Counted from the stretch's first letter, positions 29,173 through 40,347 are shown. The stretch is DNA of 64,000 nucleotides from Blastocatellia bacterium (GCA_963726785.1 CAVSDJ010000007.1:2484615-2548614), one strand, 5' to 3'. The notes: generated from the letters alone by a model not told the origin. Numbers and translations: made by a program.

Positions 29173-29242
29173 CAGAAGGCGGAAGGCAGTAATTTAGGGA
29201 TTCCAGTTTTGCGATTTCAAATTAACTGCCTTCCGCTTTCTG
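29173..29242. repeat. intergenic palindrome (CAGAAGGCGGAAGGCAGT...ACTGCCTTCCGCTTTCTG)
   Basis: Inverted repeat seen directly. Confidence 0.6.
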
Positions 29243-29255
29243 AGAGAGGGTTGCA

Positions 29256-29729
29256 ATGCCAGTTAGCAAGGATGAGTTTCGCAGCGCGATTGGCCGATTT
29301 GCCAGCGGTGTGACGGTCGTTACCACCAAGACTAAAGACGATAAACCCAGAGGCATCACCGTCAGCGCGTTCTCGTCTGTTTCGCTTGAGCCTCCTTTGA
29401 TCCTCGTTTGCATAGACAAACGCGCGTCCGTTCATGACATTTTTGAAGAAGGCCATCACTTCGCGGTGAATGTTCTTGCCGAAAATCAGGAGGTAATCTC
29501 TCGCCGCTTCGCTTCAAAAGAGCCTGACCGTTTTGCTGGCATAGGTTACACGGAAGGCATAGCCGGAGATCCGCTTCTTACCGACGTCATCGCCTGCGTT
29601 GAATGCCGCGTCGTGCATACGTATCCCGGCGGCGATCACACAATCGTCGTGGGCGAGGTTGAAACAATTAACGTGAGCGACGGCAAACCTCTGGCCTACT
29701 TTCGCGGCGGCTACGTCCAGCTTGCTTGA
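29256..29729 (+). CDS. flavin reductase family protein
   Basis: FRSAIGRFASGVTVVT, SVSLEPPL, GGDHTIVVGEV. Confidence 0.93.
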   Translation: MPVSKDEFRSAIGRFASGVTVVTTKTKDDKPRGITVSAFSSVSLEPPLILVCIDKRASVHDIFEEGHHFAVNVLAENQEVISRRFASKEPDRFAGIGYTEGIAGDPLLTDVIACVECRVVHTYPGGDHTIVVGEVETINVSDGKPLAYFRGGYVQLA

Positions 29730-29923
29730 AGCAGCTTGAGTGCGAGCGAAATAACTTGTCTTGCTCATGGTCAAAGCGGCCCGCCAACCTGCTCGCGTTC
29801 CACTTCGTTCTTGTACCTTCATCCGGCCTGCTTTTCTGTGCTATGCTTTCCGACGCAAAGACTTGCATAACGTCTTGCCTTTTAGAATTGAAAACGGTGT
29901 CAGCCTCGCGCTGAGGGTAAATA

Positions 29924-31552
29924 ATGATGAAGAAGCCAGCCTTTGCTTTTCTATTCATCGCTTTGCTTCCGGTTCTGCCTTTCTTCGTTTCGCAGTCTCG
30001 CGCGACCGGGCCGGAATACGACATTGCGATAATCAATGGCCGCATAGTTGACGGGACAGGAAACCCCTGGCTGTACGGCTCGGTTGCGATAAAAGACGAC
30101 CGCATAATCAAAGTCGGCGCTGTTGACCCCCGACGAGCCGCCCGCGTGATTGATGCGAAAGGGATGATCGTCGCGCCCGGTTTCATTGACGTTCACACAC
30201 ACGTCGAAGGCAGTCTCGCCGATAATCCGACGGCAGACAACTTTGCCTATATGGGCGTAACTTCGATGGTCACGGGCAATTGCGGTTCGTCTGATACTCA
30301 AGTGGGCGATCTCTTTTCAAGGCTCGAATCGAAAGGAATATCGGTCAACATAGCGACGCTCGTCGGGCACGGCTCTGTGCGCCGCGAGGTGATGAAAGAA
30401 GAAGACCGCGACCCGCAACCCGAAGAGTTGGATCGCATGCGAGAGATAGTTGATCGCGCAATGCGCGAGGGCGCTGTTGGAATGTCAACCGGTCTCATCT
30501 ATGTGCCGGGCACTTATGCCAAGACGGCTGAAGTCGTAGAGCTTGCGAGAGTCGTCGCGCGACACGGTGGCGTCTACTCAACGCACATGCGCGACGAAGG
30601 CAACAAAGTAACGGACTCGATAAAAGAGACCCTTACCATAGGCGAGCAGGCCGGGCTTCCTGTAGACATCTCGCATTTCAAAGTGTCATCAAAGAAGCGT
30701 TGGGGCGACAGCCGCATTACTTGCCAGATGGTCGCAGATGCGCGAGCGCGCGGCCAGCAAGTGACCGTTGACCAGTACGTTTACACAGCATCGTCCACTT
30801 CGTTAAGCGTGCTATTGCCTTCGTGGGCGCTCGAAGGCGGACGCGAGAAAGCGAAGCAGCGGCTCGCGGACCCTCAAACTCACGCGAAGATCAAGCGCGA
30901 GATGATAGATTCGATTCGCAAGAGCGGCTTCAAAGATTTTTCTTACGCGGTCGTATCGGGCTACGGCGCTGACCACTCTTACGAAGGCAAGAGCATCACC
31001 GAGATTACAAAGATTGCGCGAGGTAAGACCGGCCCTGAAGAAGAAGCCGAACAGGTCATCACGATGTACCTGAATGGTTCTGCGGGCATGATCTACCACA
31101 AGATGAGCGAGGCGGACGTTGAACGCATAATCGCGCAGCCTTACACGATGATTGCGTCAGACAGCGGCGTGATTCGGATGAACAACGGCGCGCCGCACCC
31201 GCGCGGGTACGGCAACAACGCGCGCGTGCTTGCCAGCTACGTGCGCGACAAGAAATTGATAGGGCTTGAAGACGCCGTGCGCAAGATGACCTCGCTTCCG
31301 GCTGCGACGTTCAGACTCTGGGATCGCGGAATCATTCGCCCCGGCATGGCTGCCGACATCGTCATCTTCGATGAAAACAAGGTGGCCGACCTTGCGACTT
31401 TTGATAAGCCTCACCAGTATGCCGTCGGATTCGCCTGCGTAATTGTCAACGGCAAATTTGTGATCGAAGACGGCAAGCACACGCGCGCCACGCCGGGCCG
31501 CGCGCTCTACGGCCCGGGCAAAGACGGGCGCGGGGAAACGGCGACGCGATAA
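29924..31552 (+). CDS. N-acyl-D-amino-acid deacylase family amidohydrolase
   Basis: PGFIDVHTH, GNCG, THMRDE, SHFK, ASD, HPRGYG; signal peptide. Confidence 0.9.
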   Translation: MMKKPAFAFLFIALLPVLPFFVSQSRATGPEYDIAIINGRIVDGTGNPWLYGSVAIKDDRIIKVGAVDPRRAARVIDAKGMIVAPGFIDVHTHVEGSLADNPTADNFAYMGVTSMVTGNCGSSDTQVGDLFSRLESKGISVNIATLVGHGSVRREVMKEEDRDPQPEELDRMREIVDRAMREGAVGMSTGLIYVPGTYAKTAEVVELARVVARHGGVYSTHMRDEGNKVTDSIKETLTIGEQAGLPVDISHFKVSSKKRWGDSRITCQMVADARARGQQVTVDQYVYTASSTSLSVLLPSWALEGGREKAKQRLADPQTHAKIKREMIDSIRKSGFKDFSYAVVSGYGADHSYEGKSITEITKIARGKTGPEEEAEQVITMYLNGSAGMIYHKMSEADVERIIAQPYTMIASDSGVIRMNNGAPHPRGYGNNARVLASYVRDKKLIGLEDAVRKMTSLPAATFRLWDRGIIRPGMAADIVIFDENKVADLATFDKPHQYAVGFACVIVNGKFVIEDGKHTRATPGRALYGPGKDGRGETATR

Positions 31553-31611
31553 CAATCCTTGAAACCGGCTCTGGCAGCCGGTTTCGGCGGCTCCTGCCCG
31601 GAAATTAAGAA

Positions 31612-34191
31612 GTGATCGAAGCGCTGTCGAAATACAAGATCATAGAAAAGCTCGGCGCAGGCGGCATGGGCGAAGTCTACAAAGCCGAAGACCCTGCGCT
31701 GCTTAGGATCGTCGCCATCAAGGTGATGTCGAAACAGGGCCGCGATGCGGTCGTTTCAAAATCCCGGTTCGTGCGCGAAGCGCAGGCCGCATCGTCCATC
31801 AATCACCCGAACATAGTAACGATTTACGAGATAGGCGAAACCGACGAGCACGCTTACATCGTGATGGAGTACGTCCGGGGCCGCAGCATACGCGATGTGA
31901 TCTCTGCGCGCTCGCTCACGCCGGGCTCGATACTGAACATAGCCATTCAGATTTGTGATGCGCTCGCCGAAGCTCACTCTCGAAAGATCATTCACCGCGA
32001 CATCAAACCGGAAAACATATTGTTGACCGAGCGCGAGCAAGTAAAGGTGCTTGACTTTGGCCTGGCGAAGACGCTCGCAGGGATTGAACCCGGACAAGAC
32101 GACAAGTCTGCCATTGAGCAGCTCACTGAATCAGGCGTTGTTGTCGGCACGCTTTCTTATATGTCGCCCGAACAGCTTCGAGGCGAACTGCTCGACGAGC
32201 GGACTGACATATTCTCTTTCGGGATAGTGCTCTACGAGATGTTAACCGGGGGCCTGCCGTTTCGCGGCGCGAACGCATTTGAAGTCGCAGCTTCTATATT
32301 GAAGGATGAAGCGATGCGAATATCGCGATTGCCTGCCGGTATGCCTGCGGGCGTGAGCGATATAGTAATGCGCCTGCTTGCAAGACAGCGCGGCAACCGC
32401 TATTCGTCTTTCGCGGAAGTGAAACGCGCTTTGGAAGATGTGAAGCAGAAGACGCCTGAGATTGCGCCGAGCGATAGCCGGATAACCGTAGAGCTTGAGT
32501 CAACGGATGAAATCAATCGAAAGTCTGCCGGGGTAAAGAGCACTTCTTCGATGAGCCCGTCAGAGCAGCGGTCATTAAAATCATTTTCGCCAAAACCATT
32601 TTCGCCGCCCACGATTCTCGTCCTGCCGCTTGAGCCTGTAGCTTCAAGCGATGAAAGCACGTTCATAGGCATAGGTCTTGCGCACGCGATAACGACAGAC
32701 CTTGCGAAGATCAGCGGCTTGTCGGTGCTTTCTAAATCGGCGGGGGCGGATCGAATGCGAGAGGCGGGACTGGGGGCGCGCGAGCTTGCGCGCGAGCTTG
32801 GAGCGACGATACTGCTTGAAGGCGAAGTGATGCGAGCGGGCCAGGTGATAGGCGTGATGGCGCGGCTGACTGATGTGGAAACGGCGCGGGTCATATGGGG
32901 GTCGCAGTATCGTGGCGATGCGGCGGACCTGTTCAGCATTCAAGATGCGGTCTGCGAAAGCGTGGCTGCCGCCTTGCAGGTAAATGTTTCCGGCAAAGTC
33001 AGAGACCAGATAGCGAAACCGGCGACGACTAACATAGATGCATTCGAGTTTTATTCAAAAGGGCGAGCCTTCCTTGAGCGTCGCGACGTTAAAGCCAACC
33101 TGGATTTCGCTATACAGATGTTCGATGAAGCGCTCAGGCTCGATCAGGATTTCGCGCTGGCTTATGCAGGGCTGGGCGAAGCATACTGGCAGAAATATCA
33201 GGCTACGCACGAAAACGCTTTGGTGGAGCGTGCGATAACGGCGAGCGACCATGCGCTTGCACTGGACCCGCATCAGGCGCAAGTACATGTCTCGCTCGGC
33301 ATCATCTATCACGGAACAGGGAAGATTGAAACGGCCATCGAAGAATTCGAGCAAGCAGTGAGCCTGCAGCCCAGAAATGACGATGCATACAGATGGCTTG
33401 GGCGCTGCCTCCAGCATCAGGGAGATATGCAAGAGGCAGTCAAATATTTTGAGAAGGCTATCGAAATTCGCCCGGGCTACTGGGATAACTATAACGCTCT
33501 GGGATTTTGTTATTATACTTTTGGTAGCTATCGCGAGGCAGCCGAACAATTCCGCCGAATAATCATGATCCAGCCGGATAATTTTCATGGCTATAGCAAT
33601 CTGGGTTCGATGTACTACCTTCTTGGGCTTTACGAAGATGCTGTAGCAATGTCGTTGCGGGCTATCAAGATTTATCCGAACGGAGATTCTTATACCAATC
33701 TTGGGACGGCCTATTTTTACCTTGAGCAATATGAAGAAGCGATAGCAGCGTACAAAGCCGCTATCGAGTTAAATTCCCGTGACGACATCCTCTACCGCAA
33801 TCTTGGTGATGCTTACATGCGGGTTGGAAGAGTGGAGGAAGCGAAGGGACAATTTAAGACGGCAATCGGACTGTTGACCGAGTACTTGAGCATTAACCCG
33901 GATGATGCGCTACGCCTGGGCGGCCTGGCAATTTGCTATGCCAAGATTGGAGAACAACCGGAAGCTATGACGAGCATAGAACGAGCAACCGAGCTTGAGC
34001 CGCACAATACAAATCTTATGTATGAAAAAGCTGTAGTTTATGCGCTTACCGAACATCCTGAGAAAGCCTTAGAGAGCTTGAGCAGTGCGCTCGCGCATGG
34101 TTACAGCCGTTCGGAAGCTGAACGCGACCCCGACCTGGCGACTCTCAGAAATAGATCAGAATACCGGTCTTTGTTCACTGTTAAAGATTGA
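31612..34191 (+). CDS. Ser/Thr protein kinase with TolB-like and TPR domains
   Basis: GAGGMGEVY, VAIK, HRDIKPEN, DFGLAK, YMSPE, C-terminal TPRs. Confidence 0.93.
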   Translation: MIEALSKYKIIEKLGAGGMGEVYKAEDPALLRIVAIKVMSKQGRDAVVSKSRFVREAQAASSINHPNIVTIYEIGETDEHAYIVMEYVRGRSIRDVISARSLTPGSILNIAIQICDALAEAHSRKIIHRDIKPENILLTEREQVKVLDFGLAKTLAGIEPGQDDKSAIEQLTESGVVVGTLSYMSPEQLRGELLDERTDIFSFGIVLYEMLTGGLPFRGANAFEVAASILKDEAMRISRLPAGMPAGVSDIVMRLLARQRGNRYSSFAEVKRALEDVKQKTPEIAPSDSRITVELESTDEINRKSAGVKSTSSMSPSEQRSLKSFSPKPFSPPTILVLPLEPVASSDESTFIGIGLAHAITTDLAKISGLSVLSKSAGADRMREAGLGARELARELGATILLEGEVMRAGQVIGVMARLTDVETARVIWGSQYRGDAADLFSIQDAVCESVAAALQVNVSGKVRDQIAKPATTNIDAFEFYSKGRAFLERRDVKANLDFAIQMFDEALRLDQDFALAYAGLGEAYWQKYQATHENALVERAITASDHALALDPHQAQVHVSLGIIYHGTGKIETAIEEFEQAVSLQPRNDDAYRWLGRCLQHQGDMQEAVKYFEKAIEIRPGYWDNYNALGFCYYTFGSYREAAEQFRRIIMIQPDNFHGYSNLGSMYYLLGLYEDAVAMSLRAIKIYPNGDSYTNLGTAYFYLEQYEEAIAAYKAAIELNSRDDILYRNLGDAYMRVGRVEEAKGQFKTAIGLLTEYLSINPDDALRLGGLAICYAKIGEQPEAMTSIERATELEPHNTNLMYEKAVVYALTEHPEKALESLSSALAHGYSRSEAERDPDLATLRNRSEYRSLFTVKD

Positions 34192-34226
34192 ATGATAGGC
34201 ATCGGGTATGGATTATTTATTACCTA

Positions 34227-34718
34227 TCATTGACTGACTACAATTCGCGGGTCTAAGTCTTTCAACCGGGTTACGGCTCCGCTAGGCGACGTGACGCTCG
34301 CGTGAATTGTGTACTTGTATGTATTTGCCTTGGCTGCCGTAGTATCGTCTCCTACTGGATACGCAGAGGTAGTGCCGGATTCTATCCTCGTCACCTCAAA
34401 AGAAGTCTTACCGCTTTTGAACGGACTCTCAGGGTTAGTAGTCCCGTCAATAATGAAAGTATCTATCTTAACAGCTACCTGTCCGTCGCTGCGATTATTG
34501 TAGACAACCCATTTAATTTTATCGCCGGATTTTATCTTAATAGGATCTGGGACTACGGATATAACAGTTTCCGCATCCGTACCATCAGCAACGATAATCG
34601 CTATCGTCTTTAAAGTTGGATCGGCAGGAACAGTAATAGGGTGCTTGACTGAGTGTGAGTTGCAACCAAAGACAAACGCTAAGGCTATCGTCAATAATCC
34701 GGGTAAAATTCTCTTCAT
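34227..34718 (-). CDS. putative lipoprotein, beta-rich (cupredoxin-like?)
   Basis: Lipobox FVFGC; GGAGG RBS; ends YKYTI...LDPRIVV. Confidence 0.6.
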   Translation of the reverse strand: MKRILPGLLTIALAFVFGCNSHSVKHPITVPADPTLKTIAIIVADGTDAETVISVVPDPIKIKSGDKIKWVVYNNRSDGQVAVKIDTFIIDGTTNPESPFKSGKTSFEVTRIESGTTSAYPVGDDTTAAKANTYKYTIHASVTSPSGAVTRLKDLDPRIVVSQ

Positions 34719-34993
34719 GCTGAGAGTCCTCCTGTCTAGGTTAGTCTTGAAACAATACCGACGAGAAGTTGCTGACCGGCAGTTTCTGTTTTAGTTCGGT
34801 CGTTGAGGCCGGGATATATCGCCTCAGTGATCGCAATTTGCTGCTGCCGAAGCAGGCAGCTTAATGAACAACCTTCCAGGGCCGCGTGAAGGTGCGACCG
34901 GATTCTACGCCTGCGCGCTGTTAATGTCTACAAGTATTTTAATCGGCCTGGCAGGCAATCTGGAATGATGTGAGCCTTAAAGCCTTTGCCTTA

Positions 34994-35740
34994 TCAATCG
35001 AGTCCGGTAAATAAATCGGTCTCGATTTCCGGCAAGCCCGTTATGGTTGATGACGCGCGATGATAAGGCTCCGTGTTGTTGTTGGCAGCTATCCACTCTT
35101 TCAGCCGTTCAGTCCATTCCTGCTGGCTGCGATGCAGCTTGAATGCTTCAAGCTTTGTGTCAACAAGGTCAGAGATGTCTATTATGGTAGTGATCGGCAT
35201 AAACGGCCTGCTCATCTCGCGCCAGGGTGTTTGGTGCCCGCTCTGGTAATAAAACTTTTTGACGAGATGCGGAGCAAGCCCGCTTTGAATCTGGTCTGGA
35301 AACCCACCGGGGTCTGCCGCCGCTGCAACAGCCGCAGTTGCTATGCGCGAAATTCTTTTATGGTCGCGATGTTCGTTGCCTGCGCCTTCGGGGCCAAACG
35401 TCACCACTACATCGGGCCTCTCTTTTCGCAAGAGGCGCACGACTTTTTCTTCAACTTCCGTTTCATCCGCCTCGTCGAGTTTGCCATCCATATAGCCGAA
35501 GAAGTGAATAGTCGAAACGCCCAGATACCTGCCCGCAGCGCGCGCTTCATCTTCGCGCACATGGCCAAGCTCTTCGGGAGTCGCCGCCGCGCCACCTGCG
35601 CGGCCTGCCTGCCCGCTCGTCGCGATGACGACAGAGATGCGCACTCCCTCACGCGCGTACTTTGCAATTGTGCCTCCCGGCCCGAAGGTTTCATCATCGG
35701 GATGCGCGAACACGAACATAAGCGATTTGTCAGACATCAT
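34994..35740 (-). CDS. PIG-L family deacetylase
   Basis: AHPDDE, R..E...A, HRDH, H.SQ. Confidence 0.92.
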   Translation of the reverse strand: MMSDKSLMFVFAHPDDETFGPGGTIAKYAREGVRISVVIATSGQAGRAGGAAATPEELGHVREDEARAAGRYLGVSTIHFFGYMDGKLDEADETEVEEKVVRLLRKERPDVVVTFGPEGAGNEHRDHKRISRIATAAVAAAADPGGFPDQIQSGLAPHLVKKFYYQSGHQTPWREMSRPFMPITTIIDISDLVDTKLEAFKLHRSQQEWTERLKEWIAANNNTEPYHRASSTITGLPEIETDLFTGLD

Positions 35741-35770
35741 ATCTCCTCAAATAACGAGCGATGAATTGCT

Positions 35771-36577
35771 TTAATCTATCGCCGACGCGTTCAGCTTTTC
35801 TATGAATTCAACAAGAATGGCGTTGAACTCATGCGGTCTCTCTAAATTTGACAGGTGGCCCGCGCCTTCGATCACGCGCATATCAGAGCCCTGTATCCCA
35901 TCGCGCATCGCTTCCGCTTCGGCCACAGGCGTGAGCGCATCTTCTGACCCGACTATTATCAAAGTGGGAAAATCTATTGCGGCAAGTATGTAAGTTGAAT
36001 CACGACGCTCGGCCATGCCGCGTTGCGCGGCGGCGATGCCTTCAGGCGAATTCGCTTCAATCATCCTTCGGACTCGCTCGACCGTGTCAGGCCGATTTTC
36101 GACGGTCGAGCGAGCAAGCAAGTTCGGAATCATATCATCGGCTACGCTCGCGGCCCCTTCGAGTTCAGCCTTCTCGGCAGACTTCTTTCGCCGCTCGCGC
36201 CCTTCGTGAGTGTCCGCGCTTGCTCGCGTGTCTGCCAGCACCATCGCGCGCACGGCTTCGGGATAGTTTCGATAAAGCGCGAGCGATATGTATCCGCCCA
36301 TCGAAAGACCGACAATCGTTGCTTGTTCAATGTCGAGCGTTGACATCAATGCGCGCACATCGGAAGCCATCTGATCCATAAAGTATGGCCCATCAGTAAC
36401 GTCCGAGTTCCCAAAGCCACGCAGGTCGAGCGTGATTGCGCGACAACAATTCTTAACCGCTGCCACTTGCTCGTCCCACATTGTTTGATTGAGTGGAAAT
36501 GCATGAATGAAGATGACAGGCTCGCCTTCACCTTCATCGCGATAATCTATGTTGATGCCATTGGTTTTTATCTTCAT
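35771..36577 (-). CDS. alpha/beta hydrolase (3-oxoadipate enol-lactonase-like)
   Basis: DLRGFG, GLSMGG, GSED, AGHLSNLE; start approximate. Confidence 0.88.
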   Translation of the reverse strand: MKIKTNGINIDYRDEGEGEPVIFIHAFPLNQTMWDEQVAAVKNCCRAITLDLRGFGNSDVTDGPYFMDQMASDVRALMSTLDIEQATIVGLSMGGYISLALYRNYPEAVRAMVLADTRASADTHEGRERRKKSAEKAELEGAASVADDMIPNLLARSTVENRPDTVERVRRMIEANSPEGIAAAQRGMAERRDSTYILAAIDFPTLIIVGSEDALTPVAEAEAMRDGIQGSDMRVIEGAGHLSNLERPHEFNAILVEFIEKLNASAID

Positions 36578-36971
36578 CGCTTCACCTCGGTTTATTAAGG
36601 TCATTAACGATTCTATCAAAGCTTGGCGCAGAGTTTAATCTTGCCTGCGCGACCGCCATAACCGTTCGTTTCCGATGGTTACGATAGAGTTGCGAGCGAT
36701 TATCAACACTTACAGAGAGTGTTGCGCGCGCAAGAAAATTGCAAGAATCAGCCGTAAGCTCTTACGACGTGGTGATTAATCAAGCCCTGAGCCTTCATAG
36801 CCCGCAAGCGGCGGCGCTTTAAGTCTAGCATTCTCAACTTCGCGTGATATACTGGCGCTCTTTTGTAGCGTGCTAATCGAAGTATTGAAGTAAAAAAATT
36901 GACGAGTAACGCTCTGGTTGCCGTCGGCTTCGGTTCAGTGCAAATTGTTAACCAAATAGCAGGAGGCAAGA

Positions 36972-37670
36972 ATGAATCCATACCCCCAAAGTAGATTCAC
37001 CAACGGCCTCACCTCAGGCTTGTATATCTTGGCGATCTTTGCAATTGGGTACTGCTTTAGCGGCAACGTCGTTTCGGCTAATACGGACGACAACCCCCCC
37101 GCCGCTTCTAAAGCTTCCGAAGATAATTCAATAGAGATACCAGGCACTTTCAAAAACCTGCCTGGCGCAAAAGACGCAGTCACATCTAAGCAATCGGTCG
37201 AAGAGTTTCAACCAGCCCCGACCAATTCAACAACTAAAGCTCAACTGGTGATTGATGAAAAGAAAGGCGTAACAAACATTCCTAACAAAAACGTCGTCAT
37301 CAATCCCAACAAAAGCGTCGTCGTCGTCGAAGGCGATAGAGGCGACTTCCAGGAATTTCATGCGACTGCGTATTGTCTGAAAGGTCGCACGGCCTCAGGC
37401 GCAACAACACAACAGGGAATGATAGCGGCTGACCCCAGAGTATTGCCCCTCGGCACAGTAGTTCACATACGTGCAGGAAGTTACACGGGAACCTACACGG
37501 TTACGGACACTGGAAGCCGAATCAAAGGACGCATCGTTGATGTCTATGTTCCGACCTACAAAGAGGCAAAGCAGTTTGGTCGGCGACAGGTGAAGATCAA
37601 AGTGATCGGTCGCGCAAAGCGCAGCACCAATTCATCACGCAGCAGCAATGTGCTGGCAGACATCAAATAG
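36972..37670 (+). CDS. 3D domain-containing cell-wall protein
   Basis: ATAY, IAADPRVLPLGT, DTG..IKG..VD, FGRR. Confidence 0.88.
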   Translation: MNPYPQSRFTNGLTSGLYILAIFAIGYCFSGNVVSANTDDNPPAASKASEDNSIEIPGTFKNLPGAKDAVTSKQSVEEFQPAPTNSTTKAQLVIDEKKGVTNIPNKNVVINPNKSVVVVEGDRGDFQEFHATAYCLKGRTASGATTQQGMIAADPRVLPLGTVVHIRAGSYTGTYTVTDTGSRIKGRIVDVYVPTYKEAKQFGRRQVKIKVIGRAKRSTNSSRSSNVLADIK

Positions 37671-37705
37671 ACCCTTAAGGCTAGTGGGGCTAAACGCAAA
37701 CCTGA

Positions 37706-37745
37706 AAGCCCGCGACTGTGAAGTTTCATAGTCGCGGGCTTTTGG
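37706..37745 (+). terminator. intrinsic terminator
   Basis: AAAGCCCGCGACTGTGAA..TTCATAGTCGCGGGCTTTT. Confidence 0.8.
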
Positions 37746-37805
37746 TTTTTATATATGCAGAAGCGGGTTGGCTTGATCGCTGACCCGCTCGCGGTACTGT
37801 TTGCT

Positions 37806-39662
37806 CTAGTTTCTAATCAAGGCGCTGTCGAGCGAGCCGCGCCGGTTCGTGGCCGTTGAAAAGTAACGCACGAGCGCGTCTCTGTATCTATCCATCTTTT
37901 TAATAGTCGAGCTTGATGCTGCGGTTCCTTGTTCCGTCAGCAGGATGAACGCTACGCGAAACTCTTTCGGTGAATTGGCAGCATCGGGCACGCGCGGCCC
38001 TTCGCGCTCGATGATTTGATCTAGCGACACATTTTTGCGAGTCGCATTCATTGAGAATCCAGAGATCGGAGATTTTCCGCGCAGTAACGATTTGAACTGT
38101 TCGTCTGTATCCAGATAAAAAAACGAGCCGACGCTGTCAGCCGAACGAAGCCCCATCAGATATTCATCAAGCGCAGAAAAATAGTTGACCGCAGATTCGG
38201 TAGTAGTGAATGCGCCTGTGCCGAAATCGCGCCACGCATTGCCTTCCATCAATGACGAATAACTGCCCTCGGAATTCGTTCGCGTGTCTACAAGAAAACT
38301 CCAGTGAGATTCATCACGCCCAAGCAAATTGTCTTTGCCGCTGTTTCGCGCGTCGAAGCGAATATAGGAAAGCCAGCGATGGCCCAGTTCGTGACAGACA
38401 ATGCTAATGGCGGTGTTTAGACTGACGGCGTGTTGTTGCGGGTCGGAAGGCCAGTCGCTTTGATTGCCCATCGTTATTATCGTAGCCAAACGCGACTGGC
38501 TCCCGTAGGTCGAGCTGCGATCAAAAATCGGCAAGCCTATACCTTCAATATCGTTTCGCACGTTGAAAGAGTGCGCGACGCCAGCCCCGTTGTCATAAGA
38601 AAAATCCGCCCACACATAAATCGTGTCAACAACATCTGCGTGCGTGCGATAGAAAGCTCGTATGAGCGAAGGCAGGTCTAAACGCTTCTGCCCTGAGAAC
38701 GTTTCAAAAAACGGGCCGGTCACAGTTTCCGCCGGAGGCTTTGATAGATCGACGGCTTGCGCGATCAGTTCGGGATTGCCCGGCGAAACGCCCACCAGCG
38801 TCGCCTTGGCTTTGATTTTCTTATAGACGAAAGCTATGCGACCGTCATCATAAAGCACTGCCTGAAAAGTGCTCGCGCCGCTGGAAGAGACTTCTGCTAT
38901 CGCGTTCCATGTGATGACGTGGCGATCATCGAGCCGGTTGTAATAAACATCTCCTTTTTTTGTCGCGTTGAGGTCTGCCCACAGCGGCGCAATGCGCGGC
39001 AAGCCTGCGGCAAGCGCTGCGGCTGACACGCGCGGGCTGGTGTCGCCCTGGTTGAATGTTATGTAGCCGTTTGTGCCTATGAAGATTGTGTCGTAAGAGA
39101 TTCCATAGAAAGGGAACTGAGCGCCGACCAGATGAACGTCTCGATAGCCGTTGTCGGCGTTGTCTAAAACCTGGTTATCAATTCCAAGAAAGGAATCCAG
39201 CTTGGAACCCCGGTCATCGTTGAACTCGATGTCAGTAGAAGTGATCAGGTAGCCTTCGCCGTCAGGAGTGAAAACGAGCGAGCGATTCTTCAAATCAAAT
39301 TTGCTTGGTGAAACTACCATCGTGCCGTCATCTTCGATCACTGCGATGTCGCCTTCGTCCTGAGCTTGGAGCTTGACTCTCTGCGAGGCCGCCGCAGTGC
39401 TCAATCGAAGCGCATTGAGGCGGTGGTTGTATGTTTCATCTTCTGCACCGCGCGGGTCATAGCCGCAATCGAATCTGCCGTCATCTCGCGCCGAAAATAT
39501 TGTCTGCCGCTCGCCGTTCGACTCGCTTTCTGCCTTGAGCGCGGGAGCGGCGACCAATGTGCACGAAAGCGCGAAGGCTAGCAAGCCGTTCGACCATCCT
39601 CGCGCAATTCGACTGAGAAAAAACCTCAAGTGGAATGAATCTTTCATAGTCTGATTTCGCAA
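37806..39662 (-). CDS. secreted protein with nidogen(NIDO)-like domain and HExxH metallopeptidase domain
   Basis: FPFYG...TNGYITF...IAPLWADL; CHELGHRW; SHWS. Confidence 0.65.
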   Translation of the reverse strand: MRNQTMKDSFHLRFFLSRIARGWSNGLLAFALSCTLVAAPALKAESESNGERQTIFSARDDGRFDCGYDPRGAEDETYNHRLNALRLSTAAASQRVKLQAQDEGDIAVIEDDGTMVVSPSKFDLKNRSLVFTPDGEGYLITSTDIEFNDDRGSKLDSFLGIDNQVLDNADNGYRDVHLVGAQFPFYGISYDTIFIGTNGYITFNQGDTSPRVSAAALAAGLPRIAPLWADLNATKKGDVYYNRLDDRHVITWNAIAEVSSSGASTFQAVLYDDGRIAFVYKKIKAKATLVGVSPGNPELIAQAVDLSKPPAETVTGPFFETFSGQKRLDLPSLIRAFYRTHADVVDTIYVWADFSYDNGAGVAHSFNVRNDIEGIGLPIFDRSSTYGSQSRLATIITMGNQSDWPSDPQQHAVSLNTAISIVCHELGHRWLSYIRFDARNSGKDNLLGRDESHWSFLVDTRTNSEGSYSSLMEGNAWRDFGTGAFTTTESAVNYFSALDEYLMGLRSADSVGSFFYLDTDEQFKSLLRGKSPISGFSMNATRKNVSLDQIIEREGPRVPDAANSPKEFRVAFILLTEQGTAASSSTIKKMDRYRDALVRYFSTATNRRGSLDSALIRN

Positions 39663-39804
39663 CTCCTGGGGCTATGCTCATCGCATTATATGAAACCCGC
39701 TGCGCCGTCACAACCGATAAATCGGATTGCCGTTTCTTCGCTTGCCTCCTTGCTCGATGAATAGTATAAGAGAGCAGAAAAATTCACCGGGAGGACATCT
39801 GGTT

Positions 39805-40245
39805 ATGGCAAAACTCACTGACGAAAAAGTCGCGATGGCTTTTCAACCTTACCTTGAGCCGGGCGAACAAATCTATCACGGGGCCTTCGGCGTCAAACAG
39901 CCTAATATTCTGGCTATGATTCCACTCTTCATTCTCGGCGTGTTGCCGGGCGTGATAGCTACGCAGATATTGACGAAGAATTACATTGTGGCGTTGACCG
40001 ACCGCCGCTTCATCGTGCTGCAAGTAGCCTCGATGGGCAATCTGACAGTCAAAGAAATGATGGAGTACAGGCTTAACAACCTGCCTCCGGTCGAAGCTTC
40101 AACCGGAGCGCTGTTCACGCACATAAAGATCAAAGACCCCGCGCGCCCGTTCGTCGCCAAGTTCCATCGGTTGGGAATGCCAAACAATCGCATGCACACT
40201 CAAGCTATGGAAGCCGCTCTCACAGGCAGGCCGTTGAGAACGTAG
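39805..40245 (+). CDS. hypothetical membrane-anchored protein (PH-like C-terminus)
   Basis: GGAGG RBS, LEPGE..., TM segment, ALTDRRF. Confidence 0.6.
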   Translation: MAKLTDEKVAMAFQPYLEPGEQIYHGAFGVKQPNILAMIPLFILGVLPGVIATQILTKNYIVALTDRRFIVLQVASMGNLTVKEMMEYRLNNLPPVEASTGALFTHIKIKDPARPFVAKFHRLGMPNNRMHTQAMEAALTGRPLRT

Positions 40246-40347
40246 CGTAATAAAAGTTGAAGCACGATAAAACACCGGCAGCAGCTTGATGAGCAGGCCG
40301 TTACATCTGCTCATCAAGTTCTACAATCGCAATCGCGCAGAGGAACT

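Noticed and set aside
36760-36970. c-di-AMP (ydaO) riboswitch upstream of the 3D-domain gene
   Set aside because: Expected conserved segments not seen.
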